DNA of 43,263 nucleotides from Octopus bimaculoides (Eukaryota). Under the pieces are notes generated by a model that was not told the DNA's origin, made no database searches, and saw only the letters and a program-made list of their open reading frames with translations. The position numbers and the translations under genes were made by a program. Location: contig NC_068988.1 of the NCBI RefSeq assembly GCF_001194135.2, forward strand, positions 20,393,112-20,436,374, given 5' to 3'. This document shows positions 10,901 to 23,679 of this stretch, one piece after another. The first letter of the stretch is position 1, and the number at the start of each line of letters is the position of its first letter.

Positions 10901-11565
10901 TTACCTTTATGAGTTCAATAAAGGTAACAATCAGGTATGCAGCATTTACAATATACATAACATTAGGTAATGTTATGTATCTCTCAACTCATCAGGCTAA
11001 CCGATGAATTGAGAATCGTGTAAATATTAAGTTCTTACGTCACCCTAATGTCCCATTCACTGTTGCATACTTTTGGATACTATTGGATTTGTGGACTACT
11101 TTACAACAATGAGCTTCCTTTTCACGCATTCCGTGCTATGATAATGGATTACTTAAATGGCTGCTTTGCGCTATTCTGTCTCGGCAATTTGTGGCATGTT
11201 TCACTTCGATGCACTTTATAGATTCTTCATGAAGCCCCTGTAATAAAAGTTATATATGTGTATATATTTGTGTGTGTGTGAGAGAGAGTGAGTATTTCTA
11301 TAACGATAATAATTGGATTTCTAAGAACCCTTGCTTACAACATGTAAGCTGTATTACATAATTTCAGTTGCTCGTTCGGTTTATGATTCAGTTATTCCTT
11401 TCATTAACTGAATTCCGTCGATGATGCCATATTATCTTCTACTTGAACATAATGGATTTCACCTCTATTTTATTCTTGTAAGTCTAACATTTCTACACAC
11501 ACGCACGCACACACGTATAGAAACACATACACACACACACACACTCATACACCACGCATTTATAA

Positions 11566-11611
<46 letters not shown>

Positions 11612-11634
11612 GCTCACACACACATACTCACATA

Positions 11635-12445
11635 CAGGGCTCACTCAAAAGTCTTTTCAGGTTATCACTGAAAACTTTTAGTAGTCTGTATCTCCATGTT
11701 ATATTTCTAGTGTGATACAATTTGTCCAGTCGTTGCTGAATTATCTATTCCAAATTTCGATATATAACACATGAATATTGAATGTCTATTGTTTATTTTA
11801 CAACTTTGGTAATGAATGGTAAAAAAAATTGCTATGGAACCATTTTACGCAACCAGTGGGAAAAGGACTGAATGGAAGGGTGGTGGTGGAAGAAATTAAT
11901 GACACTGAAAGTCACGGAACAGTCAATTAAACTATGGCACGAAACTCGTTCAGAGATTTCAAGAAAGTGGCAATAGCCTCGAAGACAGACCAATGTCAGG
12001 AAGACATTTTATTGTGAAAGATGAGGTCTTATTTCAAATGGTTGAACAACAGCGAAGCACAAGTACTCGTATATTGTCGGAAGAACTTGGTCCTTCACAA
12101 AGCACCAGTAGTCGACACCTCCATAAGCTCGGGCTAGTGAAAAGATATTATTGAGATTTTCTAATGAACGACGAGTGAACATTTGCTAACAACTGCTGGC
12201 AATTCTTTGAGATACCCGTTTGTAGCGTCAAATTGAAACTAGGGATGTAAAATGGATCTATTTTCATAATTCTAATAGAGAAATCAATGGATTCGTTCTG
12301 GCCAAGTTCAGTTGTCATACAAGGGTGGTTTGAAGAGAAGTCCATATGTATTTGATGGAATTTCGAAGGTGTGTTGCACTTTGAGCTTGTCCCAGACGGT
12401 CACGCTCTCCAACGCTATCCTGCTTATACTCAACTTCTGCAGTGA
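11635..12445 (+). mobile_element. Second decayed mariner transposase relic
   Basis: 11951-12151 reads QRFQESGNSLEDRPMSGR...STSTRILSEELGPSQSTSSRHLHKLGL. Then ETRDVKWIYFHN (TGDEKW-like) and I*WNFEGVLHFELVPDG (WWN.EG-like), with stops and frameshifts. TA-CAGGG at 11633 is a possible left end. Confidence 0.85.
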
Positions 12446-12505
<60 letters not shown>

Positions 12506-13617
12506 NNNNNNNNNNNNNNNNNNNNNNNNNNNNNNNNNNNNNNNNNNNNNNTTTGTGTGTGTGTGTGTGTGTGTGTGTGTTCGAAACAAGTAGAAGATAA
12601 ACGATAAACATAAATACCTTCAATTTCCACTTTTCTAGATAGGATCGATAACCACTTGAATGATTTCTTCTTGAATGTATGTAAATCAAGCGCTATTTAG
12701 TCCTGAAAAACTTTCCTGCTTTTATTTGTTATAAAATCTTAATCTCTTGCGTTAGTATTCTACAGAAATCCACAAATTTATGGTTCCTTTCTGCGGCTCT
12801 AATTTATTAGATAAATATATTTAAATTACATATTTAAGGGTAATTTAATATTCAATTAAGGAGTGGTTACCAAGCCTACATCAACCGTAATTTAATTAGG
12901 CACCGAAACTCTAACTGCATATTTAAACTTAACTCTGTTTAAACCTAAGCACACACATACCCCAACCACTACACAAACAAAATGAGGTAATTTCTAGCTA
13001 TAAACATTAAAACGTTAAATAGATTCCATGATGTGATTATGAGAATAGTAAACGCGATGAAATGAAAGAAAAAGAAAATTAAAATTAAAAATGGTTACTA
13101 GAATTGCTTTGTAATACACTTAAGTCAGTATAAATTTTTTGAATATGTAGGTGTATGAGCTGAAGGCAAGAAACATTAGAGTAATTTATTTTCTAAGGAA
13201 TTTTAGTTTTTCTATGCCAGCTAATATATCCTCTTCTCCATTTTGCTGCTTGAATTTCGTATAGCTACTTCAGCAAGTACGTCTAGCAGAAATCTATGGT
13301 GCACTGTTAGAGTTATAATAAGGACGAAAACATGACAGAGTTTTTAAGTTATCTCTACGGTGTACTTTCTGTTACATACTCTCATACCTGCTTCACTCAT
13401 TGCAATGCGAACATACTGAAGCGTTGCCTTATAGTGGCAACCGAGCACATTAGCCTCCATACTTTCTTGAATCCTTATATTAACGTTCAATTTAGTGGAG
13501 CTACTGAAGCCCTAAATTGCTAATACCGCTTGTTAAGTTGCAGTGGCATAAACACACGTTATCTATATACATATCGGTTTCAAATTTTATCAAAACGCCA
13601 GCCATAAGGAAAAAGGG

Positions 13618-13937
13618 GCTCGTGAAATTAACGTGAAAATGGCTGAGCACTCCACAGACACGTGTACCCTTAACGTAGTTCTCGGGGATATTCAGCGTGA
13701 CACAGTGTGACAAGGTTGTCCCTTTGAATTACAGGCACAACAGAAACAGGAAGAAAGAGTGAGAGAAAGTTGTGGTGAAAGAGTACAGCAGGGTTCGCCA
13801 CCATCCTCTGCCGGAGCCTCGTGGAGCTTTAGGTGTTTTCGCTCAATAAACACTCACAACGCCCGGTCTGGGAATCGAAACCGCGATCCTATGACCGCGA
13901 GTCCGCTGCCCTAACCACTGAGCCATTGCGCCTCCAC
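13618..13937 (-). mobile_element. SINE family C, near full length
   Basis: Head GTGGAGGCGCAATGGCTCAGTGGTTAGGGCAGCGGACTCGCGGTCATAGGATCGCGGTTTCGATTCCC; body matches 5573-5860 and 36908-37202. Confidence 0.93.
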
Positions 13938-15308
13938 TTGTGTTTAAGCATACTATCCTTAAAGCGCCTAGATGCAAAAATTACTATTAAAATATTTCCC
14001 ACTGTCTAATGTTTTATATTTCATTCTATTCTCTTTCTTGTTTGTTTTTTTTTTGTTTTGTTTTTTTACACAGCGCACAATCGTCTTACTGTAAGCATTA
14101 AAGTACTGCCCCTCTATTAGATATACGAGCATTAATTTTAATTCTTTAATATTTTATGTGGATCCTAATAATAAGTTATTTCTTGAAAGTTTACCAAACC
14201 GATTGTTGAACGTGCAAAAAAAAAATAAATAAATAAAAGGCAAGAATACGTACATTTCTCTTCAAATAAATAAATAGCACCAACATTAAATGCTACAAAG
14301 GAAGCAATAATAACAGAAATGCTGTTTCAGTAATTGCGTTTTTTTCTACTTGAATATCGGCGTAAAACCTATAATTGAAACAGAAAAATTACACCGTTTT
14401 CGAGTAGTCATTTTATTATATAAGAATGAAAAGAAACGTTTTTAAATGTTGAAGTATGACGTGAGTTTTTCCTATCCTGTTTTCCCCATTTAGTAATTTT
14501 TACCTCTTCATTTCTACATCTTTTTCTCTCTTTCTCCTGTCACATATATCGAAGTACCTTTTCCTTTTGTAATATATTTCTTCAGTTCGAGATTTGCCCT
14601 CAAACTGGAGTATTGATATGATATTAATATTTAATAAAGTGTTAATTCTATGACTCTAACATTATGCCGGCGGTTTAGGATCTACTGTGATAAGTACACT
14701 GCTATATTTACAGCATACGATGATAAAAATACATGGAAAATTCAGGTTTCAACCATATATAGCTATCGATATATATATGCGCACACACAAGTACACACAC
14801 ATGCGCACACACACACACACTCATAGGTAGACAGCTATTTACGTATACGAATATATATATACACATATATATGAATAGAGCAATGTATATTATATTACAT
14901 TATACTATACCCACCCACAAACACAACACACGTCTATGCATATATATATATATAAGGAGGAGAGAGAGAAAGAAAAAAACATCGACAAACTAGTAGAGAT
15001 GAAATAGTTTTTATATTTGTCGCACGAAGAGAAGTTTACAGAAATGAAGTTGTAAATGTACTTCATGTCCTTGTCGTTTATTTACGCTGATTTCGTTATT
15101 TTATGGTTTTCCCGTACACACACACAAATATATATATATATTGAGTGTTCCTGTGCGTGCGAGAGCCCTTGTATCTTTTGCTCAACATACGATGTAGGCA
15201 TTATATTCATTAGAAAATGCTTATGATTCACTACTCCGAAGCTACTCAGTATTTTACCTCTCTTAGGCATAGATGAAATCAATGGAAAGGAATATGTTTA
15301 TTGTTCAG

Positions 15309-15479
15309 TCTCCAGTTAAGTGGATAACCATTAGTCAAAATACATCAAATGGTAATAAGTTTGAACCTCTTGTGGATCAAATTTATTCAGCTGGTGGCTT
15401 TACCTACTGGGTAACAAATACAGACATTTTGGTTCAGGCAGCAGACGATAGGGCTGGAAGTCCCAGCGTAATTGTTATG
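15309..15479 (+). CDS. Candidate coding exon (171 nt, phase 0-0), weakly cadherin-repeat-like
   Basis: Acceptor TTTATTGTTCAG|; donors AGC|GTAATT (15467) or ATG|GTTTGT (15479). Open frame SPVKWITISQNTSNGNKFEPLVDQIYSAGGFTYWVTNTDILVQAADDRAGSPSVIVM. Domain resemblance is by eye only. Confidence 0.38.
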
Positions 15480-15489
15480 GTTTGTCATA

Positions 15490-15698
15490 TATTCTTTTAT
15501 TTGTTTCAGTCATTTGACTGCGGCCATGCTAGAGCACCGCATTTAGTCGAGCAAATGGAGCCCAGGACTTATTCTTTGTAAGCCTAATACTTATTCTATC
15601 GCTCTCTTTTGCCGAACCGCTATGTTACGGGAACCTAAAATCACAAGCATCGGTTGCCAAGCGATGTTGGGGGCACAAACACAGACACACAAACACAT

Positions 15699-15751
<53 letters not shown>

Positions 15752-15917
15752 CGTCGGGCTTCTTTCAGTTTCCGTCTACCAAATCCACTCACGAGGCTTT
15801 GGTCGGTCCGAGGCTATAGTAGAAGACACTTGCCCAAAGTGCCACGCAGTGGGACTGAACCTGGGATCATGTATTTGGTAAGCAAGCTATTTACCACACA
15901 GTCATTCCTGTGCCTAT
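15490..15917 (-). mobile_element. SINE family A, full length; 18-bp tandem duplication at its 5' end
   Basis: Colinear with 1775-2240; AGTCATTCCTGTGCCTAT (15900) and AGTCACTCCTGCGCCTAT (15918). Confidence 0.92.
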
Positions 15918-16793
15918 AGTCACTCCTGCGCCTATGATCACTATGCTGTTCCATCATCACTTTGGGCAGGAGAAGTTGATAAAAAGAAATGATTACTGTT
16001 GACGGCAGATAGAAAATATCTCAGGCCTCTATGTTCAGTAATATCGTTGATTGTCTCGGTCAAGTATAGCCTACAACTTCGTGACCCGTTATTATTATAG
16101 ACGAAAGTTCTGTCCAGAATTTTAAATAGAAAATTACTATTTGCAAATCTCTCGAGAGATAGTCAGCACCAATACTCTAGAGTAAAAATTATTTGCCAAC
16201 ATACAGCAAAATTCGTCCCAAACCAGGACTGCAATGTTATGCTGGCAAATAATCTTTAGTTCAGAATTTTAAAGTTACGTAACAATTTTCGATGTGTAGT
16301 CATTTACATTCCAAACGAAATTAAGCAAAATGTTAGCTTACTCCTTATCATTTGCTTGTATATGTTGGTATATAGACTTTGAAGGAATGTACTGTCACAC
16401 CCGTATAATTCCTCTCTATTGCGTCGCCAGTGATGTTTGCACTGTGTTTAAATTTTTTTAACTTCTATTTTAATAAATACCTGTTTGAATGCAGGTAGGG
16501 CAAAGGTGTGAGTACCAAAGGAATGAACTGTAAACTAATTCCAAAGATATAATCATATATTATGTGTTTGTGTATTTGTGTGATCTTATCTCTTGGTAAT
16601 GCACTCGAATCTTGGCGAGAGCAAGTCATCGGTGTATCTTCCTAAAACATCTTGACTATTTCTGCGTGTGATTAAATGGGTACACAGATTCTATTGCCTG
16701 GCAATGAACCCCGTAAAAATTGGTCCGCTGAAAACCGATGAATCTTTGTAACTAAGGTGGGGTATAGCTGATAGTGTTATTTTCCCTATGTGG

Positions 16794-16831
<38 letters not shown>

Positions 16832-17789
16832 NNNNNNNNNNNNNNNNNNNNNNNNNNNNNNNNNNNNNNNNNNNNNNNNNNNNNNNNNNNNNNNNNNNNN
16901 NNNNNNNNNNNNNNNNNNNNNNNNNNNNNNNNNNNNNNNNNNNNNNNNNNNNNNNNNNNNNNNNNNNNNNNNNNNNNNNNNNNNNNNNNNNNNNNNNNNN
17001 NNNNNNNNNNNNNNNNNNNNNNNNNNNNNNNNNNNNNNNNNNNNNNNNNNNNNNNNNNNNNNNNNNNNNNNNNNNNNNNNNNNNNNNNNNNNNNNNNNNN
17101 NNNNNNNNNNNNNNNNNNNNNNNNNNNNNNNNNNNNNNNNNNNNNNNNNNNNNNNNNNNNNNNNNNNNNNNNNNNNNNNNNNNNNNNNNNNNNNNNNNNN
17201 NNNNNNNNNNNNNNNNNNNNNNNNNNNNNNNNNNNNNNNNNNNNNNNNNNNNNNNNNNNNNNNNNNNNNNNNNATATATATATATATAAACATACATATA
17301 TACACACATATATACACACAGATAGATATTCATATATATATAAAATAATAACAATAACTACTTGTACTTTACATATCAAATTATTCAAAAATATTTTGAA
17401 ATGCCCATAGAATTAATTAATTAACTAATTAATTTATTAATTAATTAATAAAATAATAAATTAATCTTTGATATGAAATTCCGTATGCATATTTTAGTGT
17501 ACATCTATGAGGATATGAGTATATGTATGATTGATACATGGAGGGATAGAGGGATGGATGTCTGAATGCATGGATGTAAGGGTGTAAGGGTGTTTGGGTG
17601 GATGGGGCGGGAGAGAGACTGATGACTGCATGGATGCAGGCGTTTTTTGATAAATTCACTAAGGCGATTGCCTCAACCACGAAGTCACATATTCGAAAAC
17701 CACACACACACACACACGTATGTATATTAATACGCATATGTACATTTCTCTTTATGGGTTTACATGCATTTGTATTCCTGTTAGTGCGT

Positions 17790-18227
17790 GTATGTTTACA
17801 GGCACGCATTCCCACACACAGACGTGCAGCACACATGTGCATATGCATATAATATACACACATAGACACAGACACATATACACACATAGACACATACATA
17901 CTTACATGCATACATATAAATATATATGGTTTTCGAATATATATATGTGTGTGTATATAAATTTATATGTATGTATATGTATACACACATATGCACATGG
18001 ATATATATGTGTGTATACACATACATAAAACCTGTATTGTATGTAGATGAATTACTGTATTGCTATGTATATATATGTATACATATGTTTAAATAAGAAT
18101 ATATACGTGTGCGTATAGAGATGTATATACATACATATACATATGTTTATAGATATATGTATCTATATGTACATGTGGATGAACGTATATACATATATGT
18201 ACATATATATGCATATACTCATATATT

Positions 18228-18279
<52 letters not shown>

Positions 18280-18418
18280 ATACATATATATACATGTATA
18301 AATGAGAATATATACGTATATATAAATATATACGTATGTATAAATATAAATATATACGTGTGTATAAATATATATATATATATATATTTGTGTGTATATA
18401 TATATGTACATATATATG

Positions 18419-18454
<36 letters not shown>

Positions 18455-18560
18455 TATCATATATACATATATGTATCTAGCTATCTATGTGTGTGTGTGT
18501 GTATCTATATCATGTCCTCAATATATATTTGTGTGCGTTTGCATATTTATATACATACAC
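17790..18560. repeat. Low-complexity TA/CA/TATG tract
   Basis: Read directly; source of the YIYI/HTHT ORFs. Confidence 0.9.
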
Positions 18561-19239
18561 GCAGAAGTATTACATACACCATTTAATCATATAAAGATTA
18601 AATAGGTTTTTATAGAGAAAACCAAATCCATCGCGAAGAGATACACATGTTAATATCTAAGAGAACAAGACATTATATTTTTTTTATTATTTCCTCGTAT
18701 GTACATATGTCTGAACTTAAATGTGTGAGCTCATGTCTTTACAAACACATTTTCAAACATGCTGTTTTACAGTTACATCGTTAGAAAATTGTTATACAAT
18801 AGATGCAAAGGTTGCAATAGTCGTTGACAGTAGTTGTTGAATTAATACAAAGAGTACTCGGGGAGTTGAAAAAAAAAATTATTACATATTCAGTATCTCA
18901 CATAATTTTCTATCTCTTTACAGTCTGTAGTTTCGAAAGATCAAAGATAGCTAAATAGCTAATATGGCTATTTCGTTGGCACGGCTTGAAAAATGAACAG
19001 AGAATTGTATAATGGCCGTTGAAGAGAAATATATAAATGAATAAATAAATATTGTGAGTATCGAGGAGGGATATCTATTCGTTTATGTGATTTTTCTAAT
19101 TAAATCACATTAAAAGCGCTGGGTGGAGGGTGGAAAGAAAATTTCGTCTCTTGTGTAGTCTTTATGAACACAATAGTTTTGAATGTTTTATATAATATCA
19201 GAGAAAGTTATTGTCATATCTATACAACAAGTACGTGCG

Positions 19240-19245
19240 AGCCGT

Positions 19246-19327
<82 letters not shown>

Positions 19328-19428
19328 CAGAGGTGGGGGGAAGATAGTTAGATAGGCAGATGCATGTATACGTATATGCAGGCGTGCATATATGTATGTA
19401 TGTGTGTTTATAAGTATAAAAGTACATT

Positions 19429-19500
<72 letters not shown>

Positions 19501-19720
19501 GGTGTGTGCGACCATGTATACATAAATGTGCATATATGCATATGTACTTTTATTATGTCTGTATATATGCTTATGTGTAAATACATATCCGTATTTGTGT
19601 ACGCATCTGTGTATGAATAAACACACGTAAACATATAGATATACATAGACATATGAATGGCTAACATATGTATACTGTTAGGCATGTTGAAACATATGAA
19701 TTCACCCACGCGCATAATAC

Positions 19721-19786
<66 letters not shown>

Positions 19787-19837
19787 GTATATATATGATT
19801 ATACATCTCTCTCTATCTCTGTGTGTGTGCATATGCG

Positions 19838-19869
<32 letters not shown>

Positions 19870-19916
19870 TAAACATGTAAGCACATTGATGTGTGTGTAT
19901 GTGTATGAAGACAGAC

Positions 19917-19988
<72 letters not shown>

Positions 19989-19990
19989 CG
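19240..19990. repeat. Low-complexity (TA)n/(CA)n/(GATA)n tract
   Basis: Read directly. Confidence 0.9.
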
Positions 19991-20116
19991 CTGCGTTTAT
20001 TCATACATACACTCGAACATGTGCGCACCAATTCACACATACGCTCATACATACATAAATACCCAGATGCACATAATCTCCCTTGCACATACGGACGCAC
20101 ACACATGCACACGCAT

Positions 20117-20180
20117 ACACACATCTACACAAACACACATCTACACAAACACACATCTACACAAACACACATCTACACAA
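20117..20180. repeat. 16-bp minisatellite (ACACACATCTACACAA)x4
   Basis: Four perfect units. Confidence 0.92.
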
Positions 20181-20188
20181 ACACACCG

Positions 20189-20237
<49 letters not shown>

Positions 20238-20872
20238 TACTTGCGCTTGCGCGTACACATATTCTCATCAAACCACATCGCTTCGCAAGACGTTGATTCG
20301 CTGATTCGCTGTCACAAACAAAAGACTTGGCTTTGCCTTCAGTCTGCAGCGATTAGGAAGTGACCTGGAAACGTATATTGGATTCGATCCAAAGACAAAG
20401 AGACTTGATCCCAAAACTAACCTCAGCCTTAATTGGTCAACATTGAACTGTACCACTTTCATCTTGAAATACCCAAGGAACCTTTCAAGCAAATAAATGA
20501 AGAGGCCTTCTTCTCTTACTGTAATGGTTTATTGGCACAATATCAAGATACAGAAACATAAAAGCGAAGGGGGGAATATGAATCAAATAGGTATGACAGG
20601 GAAATTATGTGACTAGCGATATGGTATACGTCATGGTACATTGACATATACCAAGTATAAATCTCTCAGGCAGTTAATTTACTCGTTTTATCTGATGATT
20701 CGGCTTTTCTTCATGGCCGCTGATCGTATCAATTCACTTTATATCACTTACAAACTCTCGTTTTGTTGTAAGTGTGTTGAGTAATTGGTAATGTTAGTAC
20801 ACGACGATTGCCAAGATTTAATGAGATTTTAAAATACAGATTTGCTTCAGAGTAAAATGATATTTTGGTAAT

Positions 20873-20915
<43 letters not shown>

Positions 20916-21077
20916 GGTTGTACGTAACAATGCTTTGCAAGTCGTTAGAAACGTTGAAGTGCTGAATCTCGGAGTCATCGTTCTGACTCTTCACCGTTCT
21001 GCGTTCAAATTCTTCCCTTTTTGCCTTTCGTAATTTTGTGGTCGATCAAATCAACTACAGGTACAATGATGATCGAT

Positions 21078-21510
21078 TCTTCTTCTTCTTCTTCTTCTTC
21101 TTCACCTTCTTCTTCTTCACCTTCTTCTTCTTCACCTTCTTCTTCTTCTTCTTCACCTTCTTCTTCTTCTTCTTCTTCTTCTTCTTCTTCTTCTTCTTCT
21201 TCTTCTTTATTTCANNNNNNNNNNNNNNNNNNNNNNNNNNNNNNNNNNNNNNNNNNNNNNNNNNNNNNNNNNNNNNNNNNNNNNNNNNNNNNNNNNNNNN
21301 NNNNNNNNNNNNNNNNNNNNNNNNNNNNNNNNNNNNNNNNNNNNNNNNNNNNNNNNNNNNNNNNNNNNNNNNNNNNNNNNNNNNNNNTTCTTCTTCTTCT
21401 TCTTCTCCTTCTTCTTCTTCTTCTTCACCTTCTTCTTCTTCTTCTACTTCTTCTTCACCTTCTTCTTCTTCTTCTTCTTCTTCTTCTTCTTCTTCTTCTT
21501 CTTCTTCTTT
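21078..21510. repeat. (TTC)n tract with TTCACC variants, spanning a gap
   Basis: Read directly. Confidence 0.95.
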
Positions 21511-21658
21511 ATTTCATTTGGTCTCCTTTCCATTTTCTTCCCTACACTTTTCTTTTCATCTTGTTGCTGTTGTTATTCTAGTTGGTCCTCTCTTTTTCTT
21601 CTTTCTCTTTTCTTCTCTGTCACTTTCTTTCTATGGAAGAAATCAGCTTTAAAATGTC

Positions 21659-22057
21659 CTAGACACGCCTTATCTTAAAACGCCTCCACGACTTCATAAG
21701 GACGTGAGAGCTAAAAAGGAAGGAACCACTGATCAATACAGTCCATATCGCAAAATAATATAAAGGAACGATTGAAAAATAATCAATAAATCTACTTAGA
21801 GAAAACACTTCATTTCTTGGTTTACTGTACTTGTTTTTGTATTTCTCTTCTCTCACACTATAACAAGAGAATTTATGATTATATTTCAAAGAGAAAGATG
21901 CTATATATTCGATCAAACTCATGGTAATATCTGTTAAATATTCCTCAATTGACAACTTACAGACACGAGAAAGAAATAAAAAATAAAGGACACTGTAGAA
22001 AATGGAATTCTCGATACACAAAAATATCAGATACTGATAAATAGAGGAAAATTTCAT
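21659..22057 (-). CDS. Putative membrane-protein ORF or terminal exon, 132 aa, with voltage-sensor (S2-S4)-like motifs
   Basis: Longest non-repeat ORF in the window. In order: SLIEYIASF (S2-like EY..RF), RFIDYFSIVPLYY (S3-like ID..SI.P.Y), and K..R..K..R in MKSWRRFKIRR (S4-like). Family assignment is inferred by eye. Confidence 0.38.
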   Translation of the reverse strand: MKFSSIYQYLIFLCIENSIFYSVLYFLFLSRVCKLSIEEYLTDITMSLIEYIASFSLKYNHKFSCYSVREEKYKNKYSKPRNEVFSLSRFIDYFSIVPLYYFAIWTVLISGSFLFSSHVLMKSWRRFKIRRV

Positions 22058-22182
22058 CGTAGGTTTATTTGGCTATGGTTGATATGTGGCTAAACAACTG
22101 AAACACACAGACACACGCACGTACGCCTAAATTTATGCATATGTTTGCATGTGTACATATATACATATATGCATACATACAT

Positions 22183-22275
<93 letters not shown>

Positions 22276-22300
22276 TACATATACATACATACATACATGC

Positions 22301-22334
<34 letters not shown>

Positions 22335-22338
22335 TATA

Positions 22339-22394
<56 letters not shown>

Positions 22395-22500
22395 CATCAT
22401 TCAGGTCAGTATTTTTCAAAAAGTTTAACCCAGGGGAGATAATTACGCAAACGTTTTTACCCACTAGTCACCTCTGTGCCAATGTTTTGTTTTTGCTTAC

Positions 22501-22590
22501 CAAAAATTCTTGCGAGACTTTTTTGTGAATTCCCATAATTTTCGCGTTGTAATCAAAAATGGGGACGAACGCCAATTTTCTCCATGTGAT
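22501..22590 (-). CDS. Candidate 90-nt exon
   Basis: Minus-strand acceptor ATTTCATGCAG| and donor TTG|GTAAGC. Two frames open: SHGENWRSSPFLITTRKLWEFTKKSRKNF and ITWRKLAFVPIFDYNAKIMGIHKKVSQEFL. Confidence 0.35.
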
Positions 22591-22711
22591 CTGCATGAAA
22601 TATTGTTAAGATAGTTTTTAACATAAAACCTTAATACACAAGTAAAGAATCTTTATCCAGCAAAGCTGTGTTCAGCACTCATTCACATTTTTCGACATTT
22701 ACTCATATATA

Positions 22712-23012
22712 CAGGGTGCGCTAAATGAATATTCTCCTAAATTACGCAAAAATGGAAAGAAAAAAAAGACACTGACATTCTCATTTTAACACATATATTT
22801 ACCAAGATTATATAAAAACATCTTGAAATACGAAAGAGTAAATTTATTCAAGAAGATCGCCATTGGCTTCGACCACGGCCTCCAGACAACTTCAGAATCT
22901 CCTACAACTCTTTTGGACGGTCTCTTTGTTTAAGTTGGTGAATGCTGCCATAATTCTTCAGTTCATCTTTCGTGTTACAAAGAGTTTTGTTAGTGTCTCG
23001 TTCAACAGCCTT
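22712..23012 (-). mobile_element. 3' end of a Tc1/mariner element (IS630-Tc1-mariner, probably DD37D/maT-like)
   Basis: Minus strand KAVERDTNKTLCNTKDELK / RIMAAFTNLNKETVQKSCRRF*SCLEAVVEANGDLLE* (one frameshift, one stop) is a typical transposase C-terminus. Terminus TA-CAGGGTG at 22710-22718. Confidence 0.85.
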
Positions 23013-23110
23013 GACGATTTTGTAATTGCTATGGACACGGCAAGTGAATACATATGTGCATAAATGTGTGAATGCATGTGTGTGTGTGTTGAGTGATAGA
23101 TAGATAGATC

Positions 23111-23144
<34 letters not shown>

Positions 23145-23396
23145 CAAACAGATAGATAGATAAGTATTCATCATACCTTTATGTACTATAAATATGATAT
23201 TTACACAGATTGATGCTTATAATCATATACATGTAGAGGAATGCGTATGCGTACACATGTTACACAAGTCTATTAAGTACCATTAACATTCAAATATTAG
23301 GCATTAAACACACGTTATGTGTGCAATGCCATTAGCCTTGTAAATTCAGCAGATGAAAGAAACAGAAGTTGATTTCCGTGTATATATGCGTGTCTT

Positions 23397-23452
<56 letters not shown>

Positions 23453-23679
23453 CGTGAGTGTGAGCGTGCTTCTGTGTGTACGCGCGCCTGTGTGTATGAG
23501 CGTATACTTATAAAGAATTCTTTCATCAGTCAAGCGTGCTAAAACTGCAATACCGAGTACAGGCGAAGAATTTTGCTCTACATATACGTGGATTAGAGTT
23601 CGAAACTGCAGTAACACCCAGAACTTGTGGAAGGAATTTCAACCATGCTTCGTGGTCTGCTACCACAACAGCTCCTTTA

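Noticed and set aside
18924-18960. Strong plus-strand acceptor TTTTCTATCTCTTTACAG
   Set aside because: All frames stop within 12 codons and no donor follows; a terminal exon cannot be supported. The same applies to the acceptor at 25045.
20818-21048. Minus-strand open frame RKAKREEFERRTVKSQNDDSEIQHF...
   Set aside because: No start codon or phase-compatible acceptor, and partly (ACT)n; too weak to link to the 21.7 kb ORF.
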